A stretch of 64,000 bases of DNA from Paraglomus brasilianum (lineage: Eukaryota): the NCBI GenBank assembly GCA_910592345.1, contig CAJVPI010000014.1:1-64000 (forward strand), in the 5' to 3' direction. Numbering within the stretch: position 1 is the stretch's first letter; the number at the start of each line of letters is the position of its first letter. This document shows positions 1 to 14,955 of the stretch, piece after piece. The notes beneath the pieces were generated by a model. The model was not told the origin of the DNA. It searched no databases and worked only from the letters and a program-made list of their open reading frames with translations. Both the position numbers and the translations under genes were made by a program.

Positions 1-22
1 GATAGTACGAGCTAAGCCTGGT

Positions 23-1111
23 AACATCCCCCGGTCGGCGAACACACCTACACGAAAGATAAATCGCTCTCCCAAAACCCCCCATTTATTTCCCGACCGT
101 AACAGAAATGCCTAAACTTTTCAGTATTGTACTGCCCAGATACAGAGAATATACAGAGAATATTTTGATTCATGGTGTGAATTATCTTACAAATTAATGT
201 GTCAACAAAGTGAACATTTGATCATGTGAGCTAAATATAAAAGAGGCTGGGGTGGCTGGGAATTTAGCTGATGACATTTTGGTGAGGCTTTGATGTGTGG
301 CACAGCTAAGGCTCATGTTTGAATACACCATAGCAAAAATAAGCATGACTAACATTTGAGTTGCACATTACATTTGCTCAAATTAAAATGAGGCTGAACA
401 TACTTTTTTCAATGCAAGTGAGACATTTGCACTATCCAAAAAGCTTTCATTTCAATAACATGGTCCATTATATCATCATGCAGACACAAATGCTAATTTC
501 ATTTCCATTGATAGATATTTCTCTACAAAGTTGCAAAGTTTTCATGCTTTTGATATTTCTTGCTTGGGTGCTCATGACCAAGAGCTAATAATAAGTATAA
601 GAGCAGCTTGCATGCAATTTTGACTATTGCATGCTTCCTTTCATATCACTAACAAACTACTGCACATAACATGGTGGTTGACAAACTCAATGGTATTGAA
701 GAGAGCCTGCATGAAATCCACAATAATTGCAACTGGGTTAGACCACACAACAACCATCAAAAGTCTAGCTCTCTCAACTGGCTCTCTTGGAACAAGTTAC
801 TCACATCTTTGATGCAAAGAGAAAACTTGATGACATTAGCATGTACTGTAAGATTAAAAATGATATTAATGACCTTGGGAAGGGTATCATGGGAACTTCT
901 ACAGTGGAAAACTTTTACAAATCCCAAGCCCAATACCTTAAAGTTGATAAAAAAATGAAAGGGGAAATTATAGATTACGAAAATTAATAGCTTAGTAAGC
1001 TCAAAGAATAGGGATAGTCAATTATCATCTTTTCAATGGACCGACTGCTTCCCTCTTGTTACGTTCGGTCATCCTGGGAGAGCGTTTGTGTTCAAATCGA
1101 CCGGGGATGTT
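23..1111. mobile_element. Degenerate TIR-bounded DNA transposon remnant, unclassified, ~1.09 kb
   Basis: Imperfect terminal inverted repeats: AACATCCCCCGGTCGGCGAACAC (23-45) vs reverse complement of GTGTTCAAATCGACCGGGGATGTT (1088-1111). Interior has only broken ORFs and no CpG from ~100 to 977. Confidence 0.55.
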
Positions 1112-1459
1112 CTCAAAATTCAGCTCTAAACGTGGTCTTGCTTACACGCTCGCGTCAATTAAGGCGTAGCTAAATTTCCTATTGCTAAAGTATAAACTCT
1201 CACTCAAATGTTGTGCTATACTATCCAACTAATAATAAAATAAATAAAATATATATTGGATCGATAATCGAATAACAACAACTAATAATAATCTTTAGTC
1301 GAAGAATGTATTAATTATAAAAGAGCGATAAATTTCGACGCGTCTAATTAAGGAATTTCTTATACTCACTCCTAGTGAATGAGTCCAATCAAAGATCATA
1401 GACAATAAATTTAATTGATTTCACTGCCGATCATAGTATTTTATTTAATATGAATATAC

Positions 1460-1760
1460 TGAGGCTGACATCTCCAATGGCAAAAAGCTCATTGCGTATC
1501 ATCATATTGGAGATTTCTGGGAAGGCAGACTGCCTAGTGAATGCATCACATCATCATTGCACATCTGCCTGGTAGGTAGTATGACATTGTTGTTGACGTC
1601 TCTATGTGCTATTACTATTTCATGATTTCTACACTTGTCTTTAGATAGAGGCTCTTAGCAGGTGTTGGAGAGTTGATAAGCTTCAAGATGTCACTGAAGA
1701 AAATGCAGGAAAGTTTTGGGCAATTTTGAAGAATGTGGAACCTAAAGACAACATCCTTTA
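1460..1760 (+). pseudogene. Degraded Crinkler(CRN)-like N-terminal fragment
   Basis: Reads ..KKLIAYHHIGDFWEGRLPSEC/(frameshift)HIIIAHLP, then GTAGGT..TTTAG intron and a short exon. Resembles the IHIIV motif ending CRN N-terminal domains; CpG-poor. Confidence 0.3.
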
Positions 1761-2090
1761 ATATTAATATTAACTGCCTCAGAATACTTATTTTCTAGGC
1801 AGCAAAGATTTAAGTTCTACTATGTTTGTCTGCAACTGCTATATAATATGGGGCATGCTGCAACAAAATCAGACAAAGTGAACATTCTAATAACTTATAC
1901 ACAAAATTTATGTAAATTACAGTTTTAAATTAATATCATGCCAAAATGTAACTAGCATTCAACTTATGAGGCAAACTTTTATTTGCCTAAAATTATAACA
2001 TTTTATATTCAATATAGGATTATCTCTATATAAAAATAAAATATATGAAACTAATTTACATCAAATCGACCATGGAACCCAAAAAATTAC

Positions 2091-3290
2091 ATCACACTTG
2101 AATTTAGTATGTCCAGGTACCATAAAATTTAATTCGATAGTTTCATAATAACCACAAATTACTAAATATAAGTAAAATCAAATGATGGCGTTATTTTTAT
2201 TTTGTCCTCCCGCATTATCTTTAAATGTTTTTCACCTTTATTCAATCGTTTAATCCCATCGAATACCAAGCTTAGCGTGCCATTAGGGCCTTTGCCGATG
2301 ATTCGTCTTCATCGAGAACGTAATTAATTTGTTCGCATACTGCTTCATCTTGAATGCCTAATAAATGCACTTTACGTGGACTGAGATAATAGATCTTACT
2401 TACCTGTTGATCGGAATGGGGTACGTGAACGTTTTGCGCTAAATCGTATATTATAATGAGCGTAGCATCAACGCTACAATAATTAGCTTTACCTCTTACT
2501 ATAAAATGCTCATCTACTAATTTCCTCTGTTGTTCTGCTAATTTCATATATTTTTTTTGTAATAGTTTCTCTCCAAATTAGCCTTAACTAAGTGTTCTTT
2601 GTACTTTTTCGCTTCTTCTTCCTTACGAGCATTATTGTAAGCCGTTCCGAAAATGCTGGCAAGCATCACATAAATCCGTTCTCGGACTCATAATTGAATA
2701 TAAGGCGTTAATTGGTGTCATAACTTGCGGAATGCATCATATTTTAACAAATTCAACGTGCTATCACTATCGTTTTCGAGACCTACAATAAAATCACGAT
2801 AGACCAATTTATATCTCGTTTCTGCTGGCAAAAGTGTAAGCGATTGAGTAATACGATTGACATTTCTACCGAGACTGGTGGTAGTCCATGAATTTCAGCA
2901 TAATTTTCTTCACGGCGGTAGCAACGGTTATGTCAATAGTTGTTTTGGTTTTCCATCGCGGCACTATAAGTGCGAGATACGTTTTCTGACAAAGAGATGT
3001 GTTGCGATCTCAGTAATAAAAAGTTTGCTTATTAGTACGCGTCTTCTTTTTAAGACGTCGACTGGCAGTTATTTCTCCACCATTCATGCTTTCAGTTGGG
3101 CCATTAAAAATACGTCTCGTTCGGATTTGGAGAGAGCTTGAAACGCTTCACGTAATTCGGCAAACTTTTCTCTCGGAATCATTTTTGAGCAATCACAGTT
3201 GCAACCTACGTTTAAGAAATGTATTGCTTTTTCGTATTCGGTAGAATCATCATTATTATATTCACTACTTTTCATATATGGGTAATCCTA
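2091..3290 (-). pseudogene. Sola-like DDD transposase pseudogene (N-terminus plus catalytic region)
   Basis: Frameshifted reading: GCNCDCSKMIPREKFAELREAFQALS; YDLAQNVHVPHSDQQVSKIYYLSPRKVHLLGI; GKGPNGTLSLVFDGI; DNAGGQNKNNA; IELNFMVPGHTKFKCD. DNxxGQNKN and GHTxxxxD motifs recalled from Sola-type transposases. Confidence 0.7.
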
Positions 3291-3310
3291 TATATATATA
3301 TATATATATA
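3289..3310. repeat. (TA)n microsatellite
   Basis: Pure TA run directly visible. Confidence 0.9.
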
Positions 3311-3509
3311 TTTTGTTTCCTCAAACTCTTAGCTTTCCTTTTCAAATTTCTCTGTCGTAATGCACAACTGCTATTATTATTGATTACGCGCTTGTAGTCT
3401 GGAAACATGTGCGCACAGTTACACATTAACATGAAGAGACATCACAATAATAGCGAAAGACAATTGCAACAGTTCGGACGCAGGCCATTAAACGACTTCC
3501 TCCCAACGC

Positions 3510-4080
3510 TTATTCACTAATTTTGCGCTTCTTATCCGCCGCACTCATACTCACCCATTTTTCTGCATCTTTCAATAGCCAAACAATTCGGCCCAAAATC
3601 TTACCGATACTTTTCTTCAATCTAGATGGCTCGTTGATTGACAAGTATCGTTCTTTATCGAAATTCCAGGTCCTTGGACAGATGGTCCAATAATTCCTGT
3701 TCTTTCTAATCACGGAGGTCGTCAATGCCCACAATAGACAATGATCAATTTTTTTCTTATATATGAGATGATAAAAAATGCACACGTACCGCAGTCAAAT
3801 TGGGGGCCTCAAATCAATCAGAGAATTATTTGGACAGAGTTCATTGTGATGTTGATAGATCAACGTCATGTTTTCGGAACATTGAAGTTCGGCACCAAAC
3901 AAGGCTTGGTATGCCCAAAAACTTCACAGACTTTGTCAAGCCTCCTCTCCGAAAATGGTTTTTGTACAGTTTCTAGTCGGAAGTTTAGCACAAAGTTCGA
4001 TCTTGACACACACGTCTTCAGAAACTGCCGGCAGTCCTTGTTGTCCTCCCCAAAGCCATTGATATACTATGGTCGCTCTA
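3510..4080 (-). pseudogene. Degraded Crinkler-associated/PD-(D/E)XK-like gene relic
   Basis: Minus strand reads FRLETVQKPFSERRLDKVCEVFG and ..LKKSIGKILGRIVWLLKDAEK..KKRK, resembling motifs I recall from an expanded Glomeromycotina family; stops and an apparent internal deletion. Confidence 0.4.
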
Positions 4081-4260
4081 GTGAAATCTATGCTACAGTA
4101 GTGGCGGAAATAATGTATCTAATACTTACGCGCTCCCTGTTTTATTTATTATGGTAAAGTCATATATAGAAAGTTACACCAGATAACAAATGTATAAATA
4201 AAATAATATTTGAACCTACAACGCGTTCTTTGTTTACTTTCATAATTTTTTTTGTTAAAA

Positions 4261-4720
4261 ATGCCTAAGCAACTTACTTTGACCCAAAAACGATCAATTG
4301 TAGAGAATTTGTGGGACAGTGGAATTCATGATGTATCTCAGCTTCAAAAAACTTTCAGTAGCAGCTTCCCTGAAACCTAAATCCCGCCCAGAAAGACAAA
4401 AAAATTAGCAAGTTCAAGACAATGTGCTAGCAGTAAAGAAATTACTCATGTGCTTAACCAAACCTACCCAAACCTTAATATTGCACCAAGTTAACTATTG
4501 TGAGGAACTTTTATTCACAACGAGGCACTGCCAAGTTAACAAAGGAACTTTCTAAAAAAAAAATGCCCAAAAGTTTTTGATTGGCCTTCTTACTCACCTG
4601 ACTTAAACCCTATAGAAAACTTGTGGGGATAATGAAGAAAAGGGTAGAGAAGAGGGTAAATCAACGTGTTTTACCAAAAAAATCAATTGGATTAGATGGT
4701 TTTGCACATGCAGGAAAAAC
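4261..4720 (+). mobile_element. Tc1-like (DD34E) transposase remnant
   Basis: MPKQLTLTQKRSIVENLWDSG N-terminus at 4261 and [16 protein letters not shown](G)IMKKRVEK at ~4579-4660; frameshifts and deletions. Confidence 0.8.
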
Positions 4721-5142
4721 AGTCATATATTACAAATTTTGCAAGTTTGCACCAGGAACTTCCAAGATGGTTATAAACAATATTCATGGATTAAATTCTT
4801 ATCTGAACAATGTTTTGTATGTTGTGGATGGCCAACTACAACAACCAAGTGCTGTTAATATTAATGCAAAGACTAAGACAATAGTAACACATTCACCCCT
4901 TCATACTAATTAGTAGTAACTTTTTGCATTTAATGAGTCTCTAGAAGTTACATATTGTTGTATGAGTGGTGTTGTAGTTGTTGCCAGCCTTTTTAGCTCA
5001 TATAATCAAATGTTTGGTTTTGTTGCAGTCTGCCCCACACCATAATCAAGTACAAGTGCAATACAAGTTTTATTTATTGATTTTACATTCTATCTAAAGG
5101 TTAAGCAAACATTGATATTTCTCATGAACTCAATCACCTCAA

Positions 5143-6510
5143 TTATTTAGTTTTCTCCTTCCTTGGACTGATGTCCTCTCCGGGAAACCATGGAATAAAT
5201 CGACTAGTAATTTTTCTGTATTTGCAATATGATGGATACCTACACATGCTGATCTGCTCATAATCAAGAAATTATATTAGCCATAGTGAATATGCTCAAC
5301 ATTTGTTAAAATAATCCCATCTGTGAATTACTCACTTTTTCTGTCAGAAATGTGCTTCCTTGGAACAGAAGTGTCAAATTGACTGCACCAACCATGGTCC
5401 AATTGAACCATAATGCATGTATCCAAGTGTTAGGCTGTAATGTTGCAGCAACAGCAAAGAGGTAATAACTCCACCAAAGACCTATTTCACAGAAATAATG
5501 AGGATGTCTGGCAAGACAATATAAGTCAAGATATATTATCTCACTATTCAGAATTAATCACAAATCAGCATCATCCAGGCAGCTCCTTTCCTCACGGTTA
5601 AAGCATCTGTTACCTTGAATATCGAAAAAGACCATGAGTTAAATAACCCAACCCAAAGTCACCATCATACAACTTGAGCCCATCAGTATTCTTGGCTGCT
5701 TCTTTGATTATTCTGTGCTTTTCGTTTTGAAACTTCCATTGTTGTTGATCAGCTATAGTTTCTCCTACAAAACATAAGCTAAACAAGACACCCGCAACTA
5801 CATCAATCCAGTTCAACGGGCCATCATCTCCAATAGAACAGACTAAATATACTGGTAGAGTTAAACTCATTAATAAAAAATTCTGATAGAATGAGATAAA
5901 CACAACATTAATGAGTTCGAAGAAGGGTCTAGGGATGCTTTTCTTCACATACGACCATCGATAGTCTGCGTATATTAGACAATGTTAATAAATCTTCGTA
6001 AAAAATGGATGAGGCGAGTTAACCCTATCAATATACCTTCGTTTGACAATTTATATCCTCCTTTTCGAGCAAAGTTATAAGTAAGCCTTACACCCCATAG
6101 GGTACTCAACAGGCTCATAATGGCTCCACGTACACTCAACTCATTACTCTCCGTGATAAACGAGTGGAGTGCAAAATGCCAAGAAAAGAAGACCGGAGTA
6201 ATACTCCAAAGTCTATCAACCTATACAACGCCCGTGTATTATTATACATTCCAATAATATGTGCTCAACGCAAGAACAGTTCCTTACTTACGTGAGAATG
6301 GTTATTAGTGAAAACACCCAGTCCCCAACAGATGATTGCTATTCCAAAGGTTATAACAGTAGCTGAGACCAAGGAATCCAAGGTGTAGTATTGGGTACGA
6401 AGTAGGTTCAGAAGGCGTCCTCGATCTGACGTGTTCTCTAATAACAATTCTTGCCAATTCGTGGCGATTATACTTTTATATAGAGAATCGAATGATGCAA
6501 TGGCAGACAT
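5143..6510 (-). CDS. DUF1295 family (steroid 5-alpha-reductase-like) membrane protein, 5 exons
   Basis: NNHSH/VDRLWSITP, WGVRLTYNFARKGGY, DYRW, ETIADQQQWKFQ, GLFRYSR/HPHYFCE, LFQGSTFLTEK/ISMCRYPSY..TSRFIPWFP; GT-AG introns join in frame; TAA at 5143-5145. Confidence 0.9.
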
Positions 6511-7293
6511 TTTTGGTTGCTTTTACATAAGAAAACGAAAGATAATTAAGGGTCTTTACATTTATCACGCGACCCATCAATTTAGTTATCAACTGACGCG
6601 TCGAATATGATTGGCGAAATTTGATGACAAAACACGCGGGAGACACAGTTTTTTACCTATACAAAGTCAATATTATAACGATAATCTCTTGCATAGTAAT
6701 GCACACAGTAAGAAGGTTATCCCAAAGATTTTACAATGTATCGACTTACTCCTAGAAATTATTACATATTAGTATTAGTATTAGTTACTTAATTATAGTT
6801 GTAAGCAATTTATAATATTTCATTCTCTAAAATCATTGACTATAATAACACCAATGACTACGTTAATATTTTCTATTTAGACAATCTCGATTTTGTTTAA
6901 TATCGGAGAAGGCAAGCTCTAAATGAGGATTGGTCGGTTTCTGCTGATGCGGCAGAAAGATCGCATTCTTTACTTGGAATTGTGCAAAGATTAGGTTCCT
7001 TAATTTCGACGTGAATGTGAATAAACAACACACGTTCCGTGCTTTCAAGTTTTGCAAACCATCTCCTGGTGATGTCTTTAGATAATAATAATGAGCTCTC
7101 TATGATCACGCTTGGAACCGCATATTCATGGGCTTCGAGAATTCTCTAACCATCCATCATATTCAAAGTGCAAGCATAATGTGTAATATTATAATAGTCT
7201 GTTTAGTAATTATTTTAAGAATGGAAATTTCTGGACATTTTTGCGTGACCACAAGGACAAATCTACCCACCTACTGACCCTACCAAACTCACG

Positions 7294-9263
7294 ATGGCGG
7301 ATATCAAGAAACAGCGACTGGTATACGCAATTCTCCAGTTCCTCAAAAGTTCTATTCAGGATGGAACTATAAATGAAGAGGGCAGAGAGAGTATAGAAGT
7401 GGCCGGTATGTATCTTATTCAATATTCACTCGAAATATACGTTACTATTCGACTCGCTCGCTCGCTCACGTATTGCCCTGTCTTATAATAGTACAGTGCA
7501 TCGGGGAAGCTTTTGGTGTGGACGCCGACAATCCGGAGCATCAAGCTAAATATGCAACTAAGCGCTCACTACTGTCATTGTTTAGTGTAGCTCTACAAGT
7601 TGAAGAGAAACTATCAGCTAAACAGGTAGGTTATTCACACAAAGAACTTGCTGCCTTCTGTCTACCGTCTGCTAAACAGTGCATTTGCCCTTAGGGTTCG
7701 AGCTCCCGACAAGCATTGTCGACAGATTCATCGACTTCCTCGTCGTCAACTGGTACGATCTATTATGACCTACTTCAATAAACGTATTGGATGATCGTAG
7801 TCTGAATACACAGGAGGAATTATCGATTGAGGGATTATTATAAATTAATTCTCTGTTCTTATGCGACTGTTCAGCTGAAGGTCAAGCAGAACGAAAAGAC
7901 GTGGAGCTTGAGCCGGCTCCGTTCCAGTTAGAGGTATATGAATAGTCTTAGGATGTATAGACTGAAAAATCGATCTATTAATGTAATCACTAGTTCTTGA
8001 TAAATTAAATGGAGTTATCACTTTGCATTACAGTCAGCTCTTACTGAAGAACAAAAGCAAAAAGCAGAAGAGTTAAAAACCGAGGGTAGGTGTATATGAT
8101 ATTATATAAGAAGCTTACATATTTTGTCTTGACGGGATTTTGCCTTTAATACTAATATTTTTCTTTCGCGTAGGCAACAAGAACGTTACCGAGAAGAATT
8201 TTTCCGCAGCGGTTCGATTATATACTGAGGCTATTAGTATAAATCCCACGAATGCAGTTTATTACGCAAACAGGTAGAATAGCATACCAAGATGCTGTCA
8301 GTTATATAACAGGTTGTATAAATATCTAATGATAGTGGCATATATTTCTTAGAGCTGCAGCGTATAGTCAGATGACCAACCACGATGAAGCCATTCAGGA
8401 TGCTCTAAAATCGACTCAAATCGATCCTTCTTACAGCAAGGCATACAGTAGACTAGGGTGATGATCTACTCATGTGACTTTATTTGCAGTTAAATTAACG
8501 AACCGTTCACTCCTACTTACCATGTGCGATGCTTTTCATAGGCATGCATATTTCTCGAAGAACAAATACAAGGAAGCCATCGAAGCTTACGAAAAAGGAT
8601 TGTCTCTTGATCCGAATAATGCAACAATGAAGAAAGCGCTCGCTAATGCTGAACAAAAGGCTAGTGAACTTGAAGGACAAGGTTCTCGAGGCGCGAATAG
8701 TGGATCACGAACACCTTCTGCTGGATTAGGCGGTCTTGGAGGGTTAGGGAATCTTGCCAATATCGCTGGTCTTGGGGGAGCCGGTGAGGGTGGAGGCGGT
8801 TTGGACTTTGCTAATTTAATGAACAACCCAGCCATTATGAACATGGCCTCGCAGATGATGCGATCAGGGGCATTTAATGATTTGCTAAACAATCCCAATT
8901 TGGCGTCAATGTTAGTATGCCTGCTACGTTCATTACGCTTTATTTATCATTGACCCGGCTTTGTTTTTTGTTGAAATATCTTCTGATCTTCTCACGGCTT
9001 CTGTGCTTAATGAAAACAATAGGGCACAGAACATGATGCAAGGTGGCTCGGCACCCAACGTCCAAGAGTTAATGAGTGATCCCGAAGTAAGGAATTTGTA
9101 AGTATTTGTGACATGTGCTTGTATAATAACATAGTGATCAAATGATCTATTATTTTTATTCACGTCATTCTTCGTTTATAGAGCAAGCCAATTCGCCAGT
9201 GCCAATAAAACCGATAGCGGAGATGCCGGAGGACAGCCGCCCTCTGGAGACTCGGATCAATAA
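7294..9263 (+). CDS. SGT2: Small glutamine-rich TPR co-chaperone Sgt2/SGTA, multi-exon
   Basis: Dimerisation domain (KQRLVYAILQFL..ESIEVAVQCIGEAF), three TPRs (AEELKTEGN; NAVYYANRAAAYSQ; YSKAYSRLGHAYFS), STI1-like C-terminus (LMNNPAIMNMASQMM); TAA at 9261-9263. Confidence 0.95.
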
Positions 9264-9740
9264 ACTAAAGTGAAAGGCACGTTTGTTTACAGCCAGCAAT
9301 GTTGTATATATTTGCATCTTTATCTTTTGTCGCAAGTTAAAGTCACCTACTAGGATGAATATTTTGATACAAAATAATAGTAGTACTGATTAGAAGAGAG
9401 AAGAGAATAAATGATATTTATTGTTGAGCGTAGAAACATATAATGACGAGTGCGGCAATGATTGGAGCCATCATGTGATCGGGAATAGTGTAGATCGAGG
9501 ATTCATTTTCTTCGCATCGCGTCGTTTCATTTCATCATCTCAGATCGGCACTTTATTCTCCATATTTGGATACCGCTTGTCTTTATGTATTATACGCCAC
9601 TTGCCAATTTGCGAGCATTAAATGTATATTGATTGTATACAGTTCAGTTTTTTTTTAACTATCTATCTGGTGACCTTGCCCCTAACGCAAAAAAGCAAAA
9701 GTAGATACAAATTCGTCATTCATCTTCAAAGTCTACAGCG

Positions 9741-12088
<2,348 letters not shown>

Positions 12089-13093
12089 AGATATTTAGTT
12101 GGTGTGAATATTAGTCGAGGTTATAGGTTTACAAGTTTATGAGTTTGCAAGAAAGAATAAATAAATAAACAATAAATAAACAATAAACAAATAAATAATT
12201 CAAACTATATAATCCATCAGGTCTTGTAAGTGTACATTGGCAGGAAGAAAATATTTGCGTTAAAAGCCGATTATTCCCATTTCTTATAAGTTGGCTGCGA
12301 GTAATACATGATTCTATTCCTCTAAGCATGCTGTCTATTAAGGATTAAACGAGTCTTTTGGAATTTGGCTTTGCGCTCTTTTTTTAACATCCTATACTTA
12401 TGGGCGCTTTATATTATGCCGAATATAGTCCTATCCGGTAAACCAAATTTAAAAAAGTTTAGGACAAATTTGTAAGTCGGACAGGATTATAAAACTCGCA
12501 ATCCCATCCTTTTGATCAAGTAATCCGCTTCATTTTCCGCATTGCCATAAATTTCAAGGGCCAAAATAACAGATCTTCTGTTAATTAAGGTATTTGTTAT
12601 GAAAATCATCAACTTAAATTTTGTTGTTTGTTCTTTGTACTTAGAACTATGCTCTAATAGTATAGTTTACAGTATTCTCATAGCTGTGTATAGGTAACTT
12701 TCCCAATTTGGACATATTCTGTAAAGTAACCTTCTAGTCTTGTTTATTTTGCGCAATTATAAGTTTAACCGAGAGTTATAAGCAAGAATATCTGCAGCAG
12801 GAAACAAAACATGCTTCCACGGACAGAGATTCCACTTAAGACTATATACTAATTCCGAAACCTCAAAAAGCTGGAAATTTCAGAAACCTTGGTTTACGGT
12901 TGAAGGGAATAGTAATTTGCCTTTTACTTTTGAAATCAAATTTATATTCATTTTCCTTTCAGTTGTATTACAAGCCTTAATCTTTCCTTTACTGAAAAAG
13001 AAGTTAATAAATCTAAATCTTGTCGGGTTTTTATTTCTTCAATGCGAAGTAAATCAGCGGTTCAGTTTGTGGAATCTGCAAGTAATGTAATGA

Positions 13094-13254
13094 TACATAG
13101 CGAAACCCGTTAAACCGAAGTGGGCCGGGAACATAGGTGGTAAATGCTAAGAAATTCGGTTTATCGGGGTAAATTTAATATTAATATAGAGATTTTAGAA
13201 CTTACCTTCGGTTTAGCGGGGTTTTACTTAGTCCTTCGGTTTATCCATTATGTA
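13094..13254. mobile_element. Short MITE-like element with repeated AAACCGAAG motif
   Basis: TACATA..AAACCGAAG at left; three inverted copies TTCGGTTT ending in TATGTA at right. Confidence 0.4.
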
Positions 13255-13600
13255 CGACATTCGCAAAAACAGGTGATCGTCAGAAAATCGTCTTCAAAGA
13301 AATTGGGCCATTTTTTCAATCCCCCAAATATAAACGACCAATAATCAACGAGTAGACTTTATCTAATTTCTGGCGGTCTGGGACAAGTTATATCGTTATA
13401 ACTGCTGTTGCGAAAAACTTTACTATTACATTTGAGGTCAGGAAAAAGGCACAGGGTAGGTAGCATCCCCGAGTATATACCAAATTTGAACCCCAAATCA
13501 CCAACTACCCATTTTCATAAATCAGTCGTCATTTATAAAGATAACCTATTCCCTTCCAATAAATGACAGATCAATCGTAGGTGTAAACAAATAAAGAACG

Positions 13601-14068
13601 CAAAACTCCAATAAATGACGGAGTGACACAAAATTTTAATAGTAAAACATATAAAAAGTTTTTCTTTTTAAAATCTCTCCTGCTCTTGTGTACTATGTAA
13701 AGTGCAATAATTTTTGTATGATTCAGAAGCTAATTGATTATGCTTTTCGAGAAAAATAATAAAAAAATTTTATAAATTATTGTTATAAGCTAATAGCTCG
13801 ACGAAGTGTGAGTATACGTGCTATTACTATAAATATATTTTTATATCGTGATTCAAAGACTGCTTGCTTCAACTTGCTACAGCTTAATAGCGATAACTTA
13901 TAAAATTTTATTATTATTTTTCTCGAAAAGCATAATCAATTAGCTTCAGAACTATACAAAAATTATTACACTTTACATAGTACACAAGGGCAAGAGAGAT
14001 TTTTAAAAAGAAAAACTTTTTATATGTTTTACTATTTGTGTCACTCCGTCATTTATCGGAGGGGGCTG
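13601..14068. mobile_element. Foldback/MITE with ~190-bp inverted arms and Tc1/mariner-type right end
   Basis: 13606-~13795 is a near-perfect reverse complement of ~13880-14061 (ATAAATGACGGAGTGACACAAA / TTTGTGTCACTCCGTCATTTAT); right end GGGGGCTG followed by TA. Confidence 0.85.
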
Positions 14069-14955
14069 TACAATAGTCACTGTAATCGTCTAAAATAAAC
14101 TAACTAACTCACATCAAGCTCAAAAGAAAGGTAAGGGTTATCTGCAATTGAGTTTACGTTGTGGCCTTTCGAGAAGAATTTAAAACATTATTTTCTTTTT
14201 ATTTCAAAAACTAGCGCAAGAAAAGTTAAAAATCCTGTAAATGTACTATTACCACCCATTGAAGCATAATTCAAACCTTAGTCAAGTCGATAAAGGCAAT
14301 TATTTCCAATAGTCTTATTATGTATTAGCGATTATCAGTTGTAAAACGTCAACATAATTGTCTGATAAAGAATATTTGTATTGTTGGTTCTTTTCTGCTC
14401 TCGTTTTGTCTTCTGCGAGATTAGTATTTATTCCATTCATCTCACAGTTTTGTCAAGCGTATATAATAGTATTAGTATATACCATTAATATTACTTGCGA
14501 TGGTTAGTAGTAGACCCCCTGAAATCTTTTAAAGGTGAAACCTAAACCGTAGTAAACCCTAAATCTAAAAAAGATCAAACCATACTAATACTAATTAATA
14601 CTAATACTAATCGTAATACTAATGCTATACAGAATACCACCCTACTTATTATTATACGCAATTGTGCGGATAACTCTGGTACGTTCGCTTAATTCTGAGA
14701 ACGAATTAAATGCGGGAACTTGTATTATTTATTATTAATAGTAATTGATATTAATTATGGTTGCGGGTAACAGCATACTGGGTAATCATAATCAGTATTT
14801 AAAAATAGTACAAACGCATTTCATTGGACGATACTGCTTACTATCAATTTTTCTTCGTAAAACCACCCCTTGTACTACTACTACAGGGCAAATATCATAA
14901 AGAATGACACCTCTTATACAAGTTTCGCACGACACACTAAGTAGTTGACACTCCT

